DNA of 64,000 nt from an uncultured Candidatus Saccharibacteria bacterium (lineage in GTDB: Bacteria; Patescibacteriota; Minisyncoccia; Phycocordibacterales; VMEP01): positions 817 through 64,816 of the forward strand of contig CAZOFV010000004.1 in the NCBI GenBank assembly GCA_964579635.1, written 5' to 3'. How positions within the stretch are numbered: the first letter of the stretch is position 1; each line of letters begins with the position of its first letter. Positions 37,569 through 46,529 of this stretch are shown here, in pieces. Both the position numbers and the translations under genes were made by a program. The notes beneath the pieces were generated by a model that saw only the letters and a list, made by a program, of their open reading frames with translations, was not told the DNA's origin and made no database searches.

Positions 37569-38669
37569 CTAAATTCTAAACTCAATCACATCCCCGTCTT
37601 TGACGATATATTCTTTTCCTTCAATACGAACGAGTCCTTTTGATCGCGCTTCGGCGTACGAACCAGATGACAGTAGATCATCACAATAAACAACTTCAGC
37701 GCGAATAAACTTATCCTTAAAATCATTATGAATCGCAGTACCCGCTTCTGGCGCAGTTGAGTTTTTGGGAATTGTCCAAGCCCTCGTCTCGTCTTCTCCT
37801 GTTGTAAAATATGTAATTAATCCAAGCATCTCATACCCAGCGCGAATTAAATCTTTAATACCATCATCTTTTGCGCCAAGTTCTTCTCTTAAATTATTTT
37901 TTTCTTCACCGTCAAATGATTTAAGCTCGTCTTCAATTTTTGCATCAACAATAACAAAGCTTCTATTTCCATCTTTTAAAAACTTCATTAGGGCAACAAA
38001 GCGCTCATCCTCTGGTGACTCATCAAGATTTTTACCTCCAGCTTTTTTGTTTAAAACATAAAGAAACTGTTTCGAAGTAATCAAATGGATACTTCTTACA
38101 ACCGCAATCTCTTCTGTTGAAAGGATAATTTCTGAGGCAATCTTTCCCTCCAAAAGAGCAACTTTTACTTTCTCAAGAACACCTTTTTCGAATATTGCGA
38201 TTTTATCACCCTTTTTAACATCGCGTTCAATATTTATTAACCTCTTTGAAACCGTGTCTAAATCAGCAAGAGCAAGTTCTGTGTTTATCGTTTCAATATC
38301 ACGAAGGGGATTTATTCCCCCATCAACATGAATAACATTATCATCCTCAAAAATCCGCACGACTTCCGCAATCGCATTTGTTTCTCTGATATGAGAAAGA
38401 AATTTATTTCCAAGACCTTCGCCGTCTGCCGCACCCTTAACGAGACCGGCAATATCAACAAACTGAACGACTGCCGGAATTGTCTTTGCTGAATGAGATA
38501 AATTACTCAATTTTTCCAATCTTTCATCAGGCACAGAAACAACCCCGACAGACGGATCAATCGTACAAAATGGATAATTCTCAGCCGGTACTGAATTTTT
38601 AGTGAGTGCATTAAAAAGCGTCGATTTGCCGACGTTTGGAAGACCCACGATTCCTATAGATAAATTCAT
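37569..38669 (-). CDS. ychF: ribosome-binding ATPase YchF (Obg-like ATPase)
   Basis: G1 motif GIVGLPNVGKST, N-terminal NxxE-type region, TGS domain at the C-terminus; 366 aa. Confidence 0.9.
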   Translation of the reverse strand: MNLSIGIVGLPNVGKSTLFNALTKNSVPAENYPFCTIDPSVGVVSVPDERLEKLSNLSHSAKTIPAVVQFVDIAGLVKGAADGEGLGNKFLSHIRETNAIAEVVRIFEDDNVIHVDGGINPLRDIETINTELALADLDTVSKRLINIERDVKKGDKIAIFEKGVLEKVKVALLEGKIASEIILSTEEIAVVRSIHLITSKQFLYVLNKKAGGKNLDESPEDERFVALMKFLKDGNRSFVIVDAKIEDELKSFDGEEKNNLREELGAKDDGIKDLIRAGYEMLGLITYFTTGEDETRAWTIPKNSTAPEAGTAIHNDFKDKFIRAEVVYCDDLLSSGSYAEARSKGLVRIEGKEYIVKDGDVIEFRI

Positions 38670-38762
38670 TCTGTAAAGATATATTAAAAAATAGCTGGTG
38701 TAAAATCTGCAAATAATTTAAAACGTGCGTTATTTAATTATGAAAGATATAATTATAATTAT

Positions 38763-39143
38763 ATGTTGAACTTAAAATCATCGCAGAAAAGTGTACTTAT
38801 CTCTATAGTATTAATTCTTATCATAACAACACTTGAGTTTCCGGCCCCAATTGGCTTTGAAACAAGACCACAAGACAACGTCTCGCTATATTGGTTGGCA
38901 TATTTCTTAATTATCTTAATTTCCGAAATAGCAACAATTCCATTAATTTATAAACGCCCAAAAATTGGTGCAGTTATTGGAATATTCGCCGGAATTTTAA
39001 ATGTACTTTTTGTCATCGCCGACCTTGCTCATTTACTTCAACCCGAAGTTGCAACCCTCGGTTATTCCTTACTTGAAATAGCGGGGGCTATTGCTTCTAT
39101 TTCCCTAGTGTATTTCTCGCAAAAAGTATATGTAAATTCGTAA
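38763..39143 (+). CDS. hypothetical small membrane protein
   Basis: 126 aa with four hydrophobic segments and no recognisable motif. Confidence 0.45.
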   Translation: MLNLKSSQKSVLISIVLILIITTLEFPAPIGFETRPQDNVSLYWLAYFLIILISEIATIPLIYKRPKIGAVIGIFAGILNVLFVIADLAHLLQPEVATLGYSLLEIAGAIASISLVYFSQKVYVNS

Positions 39144-39150
39144 TTAAAAT

Positions 39151-39735
39151 TTAAGCGAATTTCTTTCCGTGCTTCTCTACCTTTTCAAGCCAGTGGACGC
39201 GCTCGTCATCTGACATCATTTTTATGGCCCCAATCTTCGTTACCGAAACAGGACTAAAGCCAATAAACCCTAAAATATCTCTCTTTATTTCATTAGCATT
39301 ATCTCCAAACATCATACGGGCAATAAGTGGAGGTGAATCCATTGTTATATAAACATGAGCACTGCGATCAGATAAAAGTTTATCCCACATATACCCATTC
39401 TTATGAAAACGGAAGGCAAAACCAGGCAAAATCATTCTATCGAACATTCCCTTAAGTAGCGCTGGCATTGTCCCCCACCAATTCGGATAAACAATAACTA
39501 AATGTTCCGCCCACTTAATATCTTCTTGCACCTTTATTAAATCCGGCTCAAGTGGCTGAATTACTTTATATCCATAGTGTAAAATTGGATCAAATTTTAA
39601 ATCACCAATAGCGACAACTCGCACTTCATGTCCTGCTTCTTTAGCTCCTTTTTCATAACGTCGCGCAAGCTCACCACAATAAGTATTTTTATCTGGGTGT
39701 CCGATTATTACTGTTATTTTTTTCTTATTGTCCAT
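39151..39735 (-). CDS. flavodoxin-like-fold NAD(P)H dehydrogenase (quinone) / FMN reductase family
   Basis: …ITVIIGHPDKNTYCGELARRY… N-terminus and overall similarity to NQO1/MdaB/KefF-type proteins; 194 aa. Confidence 0.7.
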   Translation of the reverse strand: MDNKKKITVIIGHPDKNTYCGELARRYEKGAKEAGHEVRVVAIGDLKFDPILHYGYKVIQPLEPDLIKVQEDIKWAEHLVIVYPNWWGTMPALLKGMFDRMILPGFAFRFHKNGYMWDKLLSDRSAHVYITMDSPPLIARMMFGDNANEIKRDILGFIGFSPVSVTKIGAIKMMSDDERVHWLEKVEKHGKKFA

Positions 39736-39738
39736 TTA

Positions 39739-39960
39739 TTAAGAAATTAGCGAAGATAATTGATCTTTATATTTTACCGCAACATCTTTCGCAGCCGACA
39801 TATAATCTTTTCCATTTTTCACTTCAACCTCTACTTCCTCCATTATTTTAGAAATAAGTTCTGGGTTTTCGCTTGCAACCTTAACGATCTTATCTTGCAT
39901 TTCTTTAGGAATATCTTTTAGTTGCCTTTCAAGCATTTTTTTCATCAAAAATTCTTTCAT
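39739..39960 (-). CDS. hypothetical small protein
   Basis: 73-aa ORF, Lys/Glu-rich, no recognisable domain. Confidence 0.35.
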   Translation of the reverse strand: MKEFLMKKMLERQLKDIPKEMQDKIVKVASENPELISKIMEEVEVEVKNGKDYMSAAKDVAVKYKDQLSSLIS

Positions 39961-40496
39961 ATTTTTTGTTTTTTCTCTCGAAATTTAATTATTGCATAAA
40001 AGAGAAGTAAAACCGAATAATTTAAAACCATAAACCATAAAACACCCCACGAAATACCATCTACTTTAAAATCAGAAAGTGGCCAAAGAAACGGCGTTGG
40101 AAAAAATTGATAACTATGTGTTGGAATATCAAAAAGAATATGTAAAAACCACCCAATCATTTCAATTGGTAATTTTTTTGTAAATAAATAAAGAAGCCCA
40201 AATATTCCACCAAAAACAAAAAAGCTATGGCTTATGCTGTATAAGTTATTTACGAGCGCTGAAAAAGGTAGTAGGCCCTGAGATGGCTCAACGTGTGGTG
40301 ACGGTGGAGGCCAAGAGGAAAATGTCATGTCTCCAAAAAATATATTCCACAGAAGGAAAAATATCGGAATAGTAAAAGCAAACAAATCTGGAAATACACC
40401 CCAAAGAAACGCCTTAATAGCGCTCACTCGGCGAGTTTTATTAGAAAGAGCTCTCCCGGAAAGGCCTCCCCAGAGTCCATGTGCTAACGTATCCAT
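39957..40496 (-). CDS. membrane-bound metal-dependent hydrolase (YdjM-like)
   Basis: MDTLAHGLWGG… N-terminus, multiple TM helices and conserved His residues; 179 aa. Confidence 0.5.
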   Translation of the reverse strand: MDTLAHGLWGGLSGRALSNKTRRVSAIKAFLWGVFPDLFAFTIPIFFLLWNIFFGDMTFSSWPPPSPHVEPSQGLLPFSALVNNLYSISHSFFVFGGIFGLLYLFTKKLPIEMIGWFLHILFDIPTHSYQFFPTPFLWPLSDFKVDGISWGVLWFMVLNYSVLLLFYAIIKFREKKQKI

Positions 40497-40503
40497 GCTT
40501 TAT

Positions 40504-40863
40504 TTACTGAATCGTTCCAATTGCTTTACCAATTTTTTGCAAAACATCTTCAATGTCTTCTCTTAACGCTATGTTGTGTCCCTCTTTTACAACAGTGGCT
40601 AAATAACCACCTAGTTCATTTTTTACCCCAATGATTTGTTTTTCCAACATGTCAACGTTTTCAGACGATGGGCCATCAACCTCACGCAACACTATAAGAT
40701 TACCGATAAGTTCGTTTATAGCGTCAACTCGCTCATAGAAATCTTCTTCTATATCCATAACATCCAAACTACGTCCCTCTTTTTTAGCTAGCGGTGTTGT
40801 AATATCTTCATCAGCAATAAAAACTTCTCTTCGTTGTGCAGGATCGTGTTCTCCGAATTTCAT
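40504..40863 (-). CDS. hypothetical protein
   Basis: 119-aa acidic ORF with no recognised family. Confidence 0.45.
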   Translation of the reverse strand: MKFGEHDPAQRREVFIADEDITTPLAKKEGRSLDVMDIEEDFYERVDAINELIGNLIVLREVDGPSSENVDMLEKQIIGVKNELGGYLATVVKEGHNIALREDIEDVLQKIGKAIGTIQ

Positions 40864-40904
40864 AATTTTTTTATATCGTTACTTATAAAGACTTATAAAA
40901 GGTA

Positions 40905-41120
40905 TTATACCGCAGGGCAAGCCCTGCACCCAAAGCGTGTTCGCTTCGCTCACGCTTTAGCGCGGTAAGCCGCGCGGTATTTTAATCCCTTATATTGCTC
41001 TCCTCGGCTCGGAAATGAGAAAGATTACTTTCTCATTTCACTCTCTCTACGTCGGCAATAAACATTCATAAATAATTATTTGGCGACACCGTCTGTGTTT
41101 TTAAACAGACGGTGTTTTTG
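40905..41120 (+). ncRNA. putative structured small RNA: GC-rich hairpin cluster ending in an intrinsic terminator
   Basis: Three adjacent perfect hairpins (40912-40927, 40932-40958, 40960-40975) enclosed by the stem ataccgc/gcggtat. A 12-bp perfect stem lies at 41012-41039. A terminator stem caccgtctgt/acagacggtg plus TTTTT lies at 41087-41119. Nothing matches tRNA, tmRNA, RNase P or SRP consensus. Confidence 0.25.
41086..41120 (+). terminator. intrinsic terminator (10-bp stem + U5)
   Basis: acaccgtctgtGTTTTTAAacagacggtgTTTTTg. Confidence 0.6.
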
Positions 41121-41128
41121 CCAAATCG

Positions 41129-41326
41129 TTAATCTGCGTATCGTTTGCCCTCCCTGACTAACTCTAGGTGGCATGTCCGAACTTCTCCCTTTACGCTTTC
41201 CGTTTTTGTTTGCGAAAAATCGAAGGCGTTTGCATAAAGCACCGCCGGCACGTGCACAAAGTGCGCAAACCACCAGGCAAGAATACTGCCGGAAACGTCG
41301 CCCCAATACTCTAAATTAACGTTCAT
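41129..41326 (-). CDS. hypothetical 65-aa protein of atypical (higher) GC with a strong RBS
   Basis: AAGGAG lies 6 nt upstream of the ATG (taaggagaaaagcATG). Sequence MNVNLEYWGDVSGSILAWWFAHFVHVPAVLYANAF…. GC is clearly above background. The overlapping 41076..41306 ORF lacks an RBS. Confidence 0.35.
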   Translation of the reverse strand: MNVNLEYWGDVSGSILAWWFAHFVHVPAVLYANAFDFSQTKTESVKGEVRTCHLELVREGKRYAD

Positions 41327-41450
41327 GCTTTTCTCCTTATTTAAGGTACCCTATCTCAGCATACCTCATGACCAAAATTGGTCAATGTATAAAAACCATA
41401 CCTAAACAGATAAGCTTCTAAACAATTAAGAATTAATCTATACTATACAA

Positions 41451-42449
41451 ATGAAACAAAAGCTCGGAGCAAAAAGAACTCAACAAAACAAATCTAAGAA
41501 AAAAATAAAGTTATTCAGTAGTGGAGTTTTATTTTTAGGCCTCGTCACTGCCACTTTTTTTATAGCTATTGTTGGTCTATATCTAATTGGTAAAAAAGGA
41601 TCTCTCGCGCCAGACCAACACTTCATTGTCACAGTTGATCCTGTTAAAAAACGAGTACTCGGAGAAAAAGAGAGTCCAGAAAAAGAAGAAGTAAAAATTA
41701 CACAAGAAGTTGCAAATAAAGTTTACGAAATTTTAACCGATAACATTTCAGCAATTTCATCTCTTGCAAATCCATCTATTAAACATGTACGTGTGCAACC
41801 GGGAATGCGAAAAGAAGAAATTGCTGACATTCTCGCAAAAAAATTAAACTGGGACGCAAAGGCTGAAAATATTTTTCTAACAACAAGAAGCGAGGTTGTT
41901 CTTGATGATATAAAATTTACCGAAGGGTATTATTTCCCAACTGGTTATTCTTTTGAAAAGAATACCCCACCAGAAAAGGTCGCTGAGGTAATGATAAGTG
42001 AGTTTAAAGAAGAAATTGCGGATAAATTTGCCAGTTCAACCAAATCCATAATCTCAATAGAAACTGCATTAAAAATAGCTTCTATAATTGAACGAGAATC
42101 AAATGGGACCCGTGACATGCGTCTTATTTCAGGGATTATCTGGAATCGTATTTTCAACGGCATGAGTTTAGATATTGACGCAACACTACAGTACGCAAAA
42201 GGATCTGAGAAAAATGGTTGGTGGCCAAAAGTATTATCTGAAGACAAATACATAGAATCGCCATATAATACGTACCAGAACAAAGGGCTTCCACCATCAC
42301 CAATCTCAAGTCCGAGCATGGCAGCAATCCAAGCTGCATTAAATCCCAAAAAAACAGAGTGCCTCTTTTATCTACACGATAAAAGAAGAAATATCCACTG
42401 CTCTGTAACATACCAAGAACACGTTAAAAATATTAATCGTTATTATTAA
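41451..42449 (+). CDS. MltG/YceG-family endolytic transglycosylase, second paralog
   Basis: N-terminal TM and a YceG-like C-terminal domain …YNTYQNKGLPPSPISSPS…. Confidence 0.75.
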   Translation: MKQKLGAKRTQQNKSKKKIKLFSSGVLFLGLVTATFFIAIVGLYLIGKKGSLAPDQHFIVTVDPVKKRVLGEKESPEKEEVKITQEVANKVYEILTDNISAISSLANPSIKHVRVQPGMRKEEIADILAKKLNWDAKAENIFLTTRSEVVLDDIKFTEGYYFPTGYSFEKNTPPEKVAEVMISEFKEEIADKFASSTKSIISIETALKIASIIERESNGTRDMRLISGIIWNRIFNGMSLDIDATLQYAKGSEKNGWWPKVLSEDKYIESPYNTYQNKGLPPSPISSPSMAAIQAALNPKKTECLFYLHDKRRNIHCSVTYQEHVKNINRYY

Positions 42450-42460
42450 AAACAAATACA

Positions 42461-42721
42461 ATGAACCAAATTTTTTCACAAAGTTTTTTAGATCAATACA
42501 TAGCAAGCAACCCTCAATTAATTCCATACCTGAGTTTTTTGTTCGCAGTGCTTTTAGTTTGGAGTTTAGTGTGGAAGGGGCTAGCCCTCTGGAAATCAGC
42601 ACAGCAAGGAGAAAAGTGGTGGTTTATCGCCATGCTCCTAATAAACACTATTGGAATTCTTGAAATACTCTATATCTTTGTATTTAGTAAGACGAAAAAC
42701 AAAACTGAAGAGAGTAAGTAA
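42461..42721 (+). CDS. hypothetical 2-TM small membrane protein
   Basis: 86 aa with two hydrophobic helices. Confidence 0.4.
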   Translation: MNQIFSQSFLDQYIASNPQLIPYLSFLFAVLLVWSLVWKGLALWKSAQQGEKWWFIAMLLINTIGILEILYIFVFSKTKNKTEESK

Positions 42722-42725
42722 AAAA

Positions 42726-43067
42726 TTAATGGAGTGTTTTGGCGCAATACGCTTCGTACTTCTTCATAACGTCTTCCATATCTTCGAATTTTCCAACCTC
42801 TTCTAAGGAATGGTTTTTGGTGTAGTCTTCAACTACGAACTTACCTTCTTCTGTATCAATCCAATCATGAAACTCACTGCCGAAATTTCTTGTTTCTTCT
42901 GCTAAAATTTCATTTTCTTCTTTATTTGGGGAATATAACTCAGCGTTTACACCTGTCTTTCTTTGAGCATGATAAAGCTGTAAAAAATTACGCACTAAAA
43001 AAACTTTTTCACTATCAACCGCCGACAACTCTGGTTTTTTTGAAGAGGGCTGTTCTAATTGATTCAT
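42726..43067 (-). CDS. hypothetical protein
   Basis: 113-aa acidic ORF with no recognised family. Confidence 0.45.
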   Translation of the reverse strand: MNQLEQPSSKKPELSAVDSEKVFLVRNFLQLYHAQRKTGVNAELYSPNKEENEILAEETRNFGSEFHDWIDTEEGKFVVEDYTKNHSLEEVGKFEDMEDVMKKYEAYCAKTLH

Positions 43068-43077
43068 ATATAAAAAA

Positions 43078-43272
43078 TTAAAATGATTTCAAATAATAAA
43101 CATAAACAACAGAACCATCAACCAATAACCCTATAACTCCTATTAAAAACAAAATAATAATCATCCACTTTTTTACATAAATTCTGCGCAACAATAACCA
43201 AGAAAATAAAGTAATGTAGGCAAATACAACGAGACCAAAAATATCGAAAAATTGTGGTTCTAAAGAAAACAT
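43078..43272 (-). CDS. hypothetical small membrane protein
   Basis: 64-aa ORF with two hydrophobic helices. Confidence 0.3.
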   Translation of the reverse strand: MFSLEPQFFDIFGLVVFAYITLFSWLLLRRIYVKKWMIIILFLIGVIGLLVDGSVVYVYYLKSF

Positions 43273-43305
43273 ATTTATGGTGCTATTTTAACATTTTTAT
43301 AAAAA

Positions 43306-43821
43306 TTATTGTTCATATTTTCCAATAACCCACTCAAATTCGCCCTGCCAGTTTCTTCCTGGACAGCTCCATCCACGGCTTGTTGGGTGAGGGTTGCCAC
43401 TTGATTCCATATTTCTAACCCCTAAAACATAGAATGAATTAACACATCCTGTATATCCAGCTGGATAACGATAATAGGCGTAATTTCCACAGCTATCATT
43501 AGTTGATGGATCTAATAAATGTTGTGGTAAAAACTTATTAAACACCAACGCTGTAATAAACGTACCATTCCCCGAAGAATCCCAACCACCGCAACCGGCA
43601 AAATCAGAATCAGGATATACACCAAAAGTATCGTAATACAATTCAAGGGCAACCTCCATTTGGTGCATATCTGATAATCTTTTTGCATCCCTTGCCTTAG
43701 AGCGTGAGGTATTTAAACTTGCTAAAACAATACTCGATAAAATACCTATAATCGCAATAACAACCAATAGTTCAATAAGGGTAAAACCACTGTTACTTAA
43801 TTTTCTCTCTGTAAAAAACAT
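43306..43821 (-). CDS. type IV pilin / pseudopilin with a class III (prepilin peptidase) signal
   Basis: The most probable start is Met-22 of the track ORF (MFFTERKLSNSG|FTLIELLVVIAIIGIL…). Classic G|FTLIE motif with Glu at position +5. The C-terminus is Cys-containing. Confidence 0.75.
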   Translation of the reverse strand: MFFTERKLSNSGFTLIELLVVIAIIGILSSIVLASLNTSRSKARDAKRLSDMHQMEVALELYYDTFGVYPDSDFAGCGGWDSSGNGTFITALVFNKFLPQHLLDPSTNDSCGNYAYYRYPAGYTGCVNSFYVLGVRNMESSGNPHPTSRGWSCPGRNWQGEFEWVIGKYEQ

Positions 43822-43932
43822 TAACTTTGTTTGTGTTGTTATTTTAGCATTTTTGCAAAAACAACTTAAGAAGAGCTCGGCCACATATAAAAATAAAAGT
43901 CGCCAAATACTTTCATATTTGGCTTCTTTGTT

Positions 43933-44032
43933 TGTGGACCGTACAGGACTCGGTCACGGATAAATTTTTACTAAAATTTTCCTCGACCCCGCCTCGCGCC
44001 GTCGCGCTCCGGCTTTCGAGTCCTGTACGGTC
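43933..44032. repeat. duplicated tRNA-Ala 3'-end fragments (one direct, one inverted)
   Basis: tgtggaccgtacaggactcg at 43933-43952 duplicates 44081-44100, the 3' end of tRNA-Ala. The inverted copy cgagtcctgtacggtc is at 44017-44032, with GC-rich filler between. Confidence 0.7.
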
Positions 44033-44082
44033 GCTACAAAATAAAAATTCCCGAAGCTAACGCTTTGGGAATTAAGATTTTG

Positions 44083-44155
44083 TGGACCGTACAGGACTCG
44101 AACCTGCCACCCCCGCATTGCAAATGCGGTGCTCTACCAGATGAGCTAACGGCCC
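44083..44155 (-). tRNA. tRNA-Ala (anticodon UGC)
   Basis: Manual fold: acceptor GGGCCGU with G3:U70, D-arm GCUC/GAGC, anticodon loop UUUGCAA, T-loop UUCGAGU, discriminator A73. Confidence 0.9.
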
Positions 44156-44197
44156 ATTTATAACTTAACTTTTAAGCTACCTGAATATACTACCTTA

Positions 44198-45169
44198 TTA
44201 TTTTAAGAGAGCAAGTCTAATCACATGATCAACAAAATCAGGCATATTCAAACCAATAACTTCAAGGGATTTTGGCAAAAGAGATTCTTCTGTAAGACCC
44301 GGGAGTGTATTAACTTCAATAAAATAAACTTTATTTCTGCCGATAATAAAATCTGAACGAGAATAATGCCTTAACCCTAATTGTTCATGAATTAATACCG
44401 CCACCTCTTCAATATTTTTTTTCAATTCGGCTGGTAAGTAAGAAGGACAAATCTCTCTACTTTTTCCACTATATTTTGCATCATAATCAAAAAAACTATT
44501 TTCTTGTGGTGGTTGAATTTCAACAACAGGAAGAGCGTAACTTTTTTGTCCCCTAAAATTATCAATGACTCCGCAAGTAACCTCTTTTCCTAAAATGTGT
44601 TCTTCGAGCATTATCACGTCTTCGTGTTTAAACCCTTCCTCAATTCCCTCTTTTAATTTTTCCAAATTTGATGCAAACGTCATTCCAACAGAGGAGCCGC
44701 CAAAAACCGGCTTAATCATTCTTGGCTGAGAAATACTTTTAAATAAATCCAAAGAAAGTTTTGATATATCTGTCACCTCGTCGCGTTTCAATAAAATATG
44801 TTTTGGAACAGCCACTCCGGCCCTCTCGGCAAATTCTTTTGAAATAATTTTATTCATTCCAAGGGATGATGGCATTGCAGATGACCCCGTATATGGAATC
44901 CCCGTACTTTCTAGGAGTTGTTGAACTCTTCCATCCTCACCAAATTCTCCATGAAGTGCGTTAAAGATAACATCAACATATTTTAGTAAATCGCTAAATT
45001 TTGACGTAATTCCGTTTACAACAATAGTTCCGTCCTTTTCCATAAGAACATCTACTCCTTTGTACTTATCTTTTGGCAAAACATTAAGCACATTTCCCCC
45101 CGTTTTTAGGGAAACTTCATACTCATTTGAAACTCCTCCTCGGAGCACTCCGACTCGAATTGCTGTCAT
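44198..45169 (-). CDS. ddl: D-alanine--D-alanine ligase
   Basis: 323 aa with ATP-grasp motifs and a Ddl N-terminus (…VGVLRGGVSNEYEVSL…). Confidence 0.9.
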   Translation of the reverse strand: MTAIRVGVLRGGVSNEYEVSLKTGGNVLNVLPKDKYKGVDVLMEKDGTIVVNGITSKFSDLLKYVDVIFNALHGEFGEDGRVQQLLESTGIPYTGSSAMPSSLGMNKIISKEFAERAGVAVPKHILLKRDEVTDISKLSLDLFKSISQPRMIKPVFGGSSVGMTFASNLEKLKEGIEEGFKHEDVIMLEEHILGKEVTCGVIDNFRGQKSYALPVVEIQPPQENSFFDYDAKYSGKSREICPSYLPAELKKNIEEVAVLIHEQLGLRHYSRSDFIIGRNKVYFIEVNTLPGLTEESLLPKSLEVIGLNMPDFVDHVIRLALLK

Positions 45170-45187
45170 AGAAACATTATAGCAAAG

Positions 45188-46474
45188 TTATTTACGAATT
45201 TTATCCCTTAATTCACGGTGATACTTAATTGCAAATCTATGTGCCTCACTATTTGCAAGAAAAATCTGTCTTTCCTTACCTTTCCACATATCTATATCGC
45301 CAAAAATCTCTCGGGCACGATGTTTTTCGTCTTTAACAACTGAAACAATTCTGGTCTTAATATCCATCTCCTTTGCAATGCTATGCGCGATATTTAGCTG
45401 TGCACGCCCGCCATCTACAACAATAAGGTCAGGAAATTTCCATTCTCCGTGATTAAATCTACGCCTTAAAATTTCAGCCAAAGCACCAGTGTCATTCGCC
45501 TTCGAAAAACCACTTACTTTAAATTTACGATAGTCTGATTTTTTAACTTCCCCATTTTCAACCACCGTCATAACCCCAACCATTTGCTTCCCAGAAATAT
45601 GAGCAATGTCATATGCCTCAATCCTAAAAACATTTTCACTAAAAGCTTCCGGCTCGCGCTTAATTAAAGCGATGTCTTGAATATGTTCAAGAGAAAAAAG
45701 AATTTTCTTTAAGCGCTGAGCTTCTTCGAATTTCTGCTCTTTTGCCGACTGCTTCATATTCTTTTTAATCTCCGATAAAAGTGTTTTCTTCTTTCCCTCA
45801 AAAAATAATGAAAGAAGTTTAATGTGTTTTTTATAATCGACACTAGAAATTTCTCCAGTACACACGCCGGGACATAATCCAATTTGTCTCTCAAAGCAGG
45901 GTTTTAAATTTTTAGCCGATGGATTACATTTATCGCGAAATGGAAAAATCTTTCGTATTAATTTCATCGCGTCACGCAATGCTCCACCATTTGGAAATGG
46001 ACCAAAAACAGCACTCAGCTTAAAACTTTTAGCTTTTAATTCCTCAAAATCAATTTCCCTCTTTCTAATAACAAGAACTTTCGGGAAAAGCTCCTTGGTA
46101 ATAACAACGCAATTAAAGCTCTTATCATCTTTTTCTTTAGTGTTGTATTTTGGCTTCCATTTTTTAATTAAACTTGCTTCAAGTAAAAGTGCCTCAAGAA
46201 CTGAATCGGTAGTCTGCCAATCAATTTTACGCGCTTGCAAAACCATAGCGCCAATTTGTGCCCCACGCATTTTATTTAAATCTTTTGAAAAATAACTTCG
46301 CACACGTTCTTTAAGTGATGTTGCTTTGCCAATATATAAAACTTCGTTACGCACCCCTAAAAAGCGGTATATGCCTGGTTTTGTGGGTAGTTTAAATTTT
46401 GAAAAATCTTTAATGGTCATAAGTATTTTAGCGAACTCTATCCCGTACCAAGATAACTCGATACAGGGTTGCAA
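45188..46474 (-). CDS. uvrC: UvrC-like excinuclease subunit lacking the C-terminal (HhH)2 domain
   Basis: GIY-YIG domain (GIYRFLGVRNEVLYIGKA), Cys-cluster/UVR region and an RNase H-like endonuclease domain (…IEAYDIAHISGKQ…DGGRAQL…). Ends at 428 aa with no HhH. The start is probably the internal Met (MTIKDF…). Confidence 0.75.
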   Translation of the reverse strand: MQPCIELSWYGIEFAKILMTIKDFSKFKLPTKPGIYRFLGVRNEVLYIGKATSLKERVRSYFSKDLNKMRGAQIGAMVLQARKIDWQTTDSVLEALLLEASLIKKWKPKYNTKEKDDKSFNCVVITKELFPKVLVIRKREIDFEELKAKSFKLSAVFGPFPNGGALRDAMKLIRKIFPFRDKCNPSAKNLKPCFERQIGLCPGVCTGEISSVDYKKHIKLLSLFFEGKKKTLLSEIKKNMKQSAKEQKFEEAQRLKKILFSLEHIQDIALIKREPEAFSENVFRIEAYDIAHISGKQMVGVMTVVENGEVKKSDYRKFKVSGFSKANDTGALAEILRRRFNHGEWKFPDLIVVDGGRAQLNIAHSIAKEMDIKTRIVSVVKDEKHRAREIFGDIDMWKGKERQIFLANSEAHRFAIKYHRELRDKIRK

Positions 46475-46529
46475 TTTTGTAATTTGTATAGTATAGTATT
46501 AAACGGAAACGCTCAACTGAGCGTCGTTT

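Noticed and set aside
40907-40980. Cloverleaf-like fold read as a tRNA gene
   Set aside because: Arm dimensions are wrong for a tRNA: a 4-nt D-loop, an 8-bp anticodon stem with an 11-nt loop, and a T-arm with a tetraloop. It has no conserved U8/A14/G18G19/T-loop residues, in contrast to the two genuine tRNAs.
41076-41306. 76-aa ORF overlapping the 65-aa ORF in another frame
   Set aside because: It has no RBS and an Arg/Cys-rich improbable translation. The 41129..41326 frame has a perfect SD and is preferred.
40900-41340. tmRNA or RNase P RNA hypothesis for the GC-rich island
   Set aside because: I checked both strands for the RNase P P4 strands (GGAAAGUCCGG / ACAGAACCCGGCUUA), a tmRNA tRNA-like end (GGGG…T-loop…CCA) and a tag ORF ending in AA. 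None is present convincingly.
43960-44035. Second tRNA gene upstream of tRNA-Ala
   Set aside because: Only a T-arm/acceptor-like minihelix (cgacc…ggtcg) of about 50 nt is present, with no D or anticodon arms. It is treated as a tRNA fragment.
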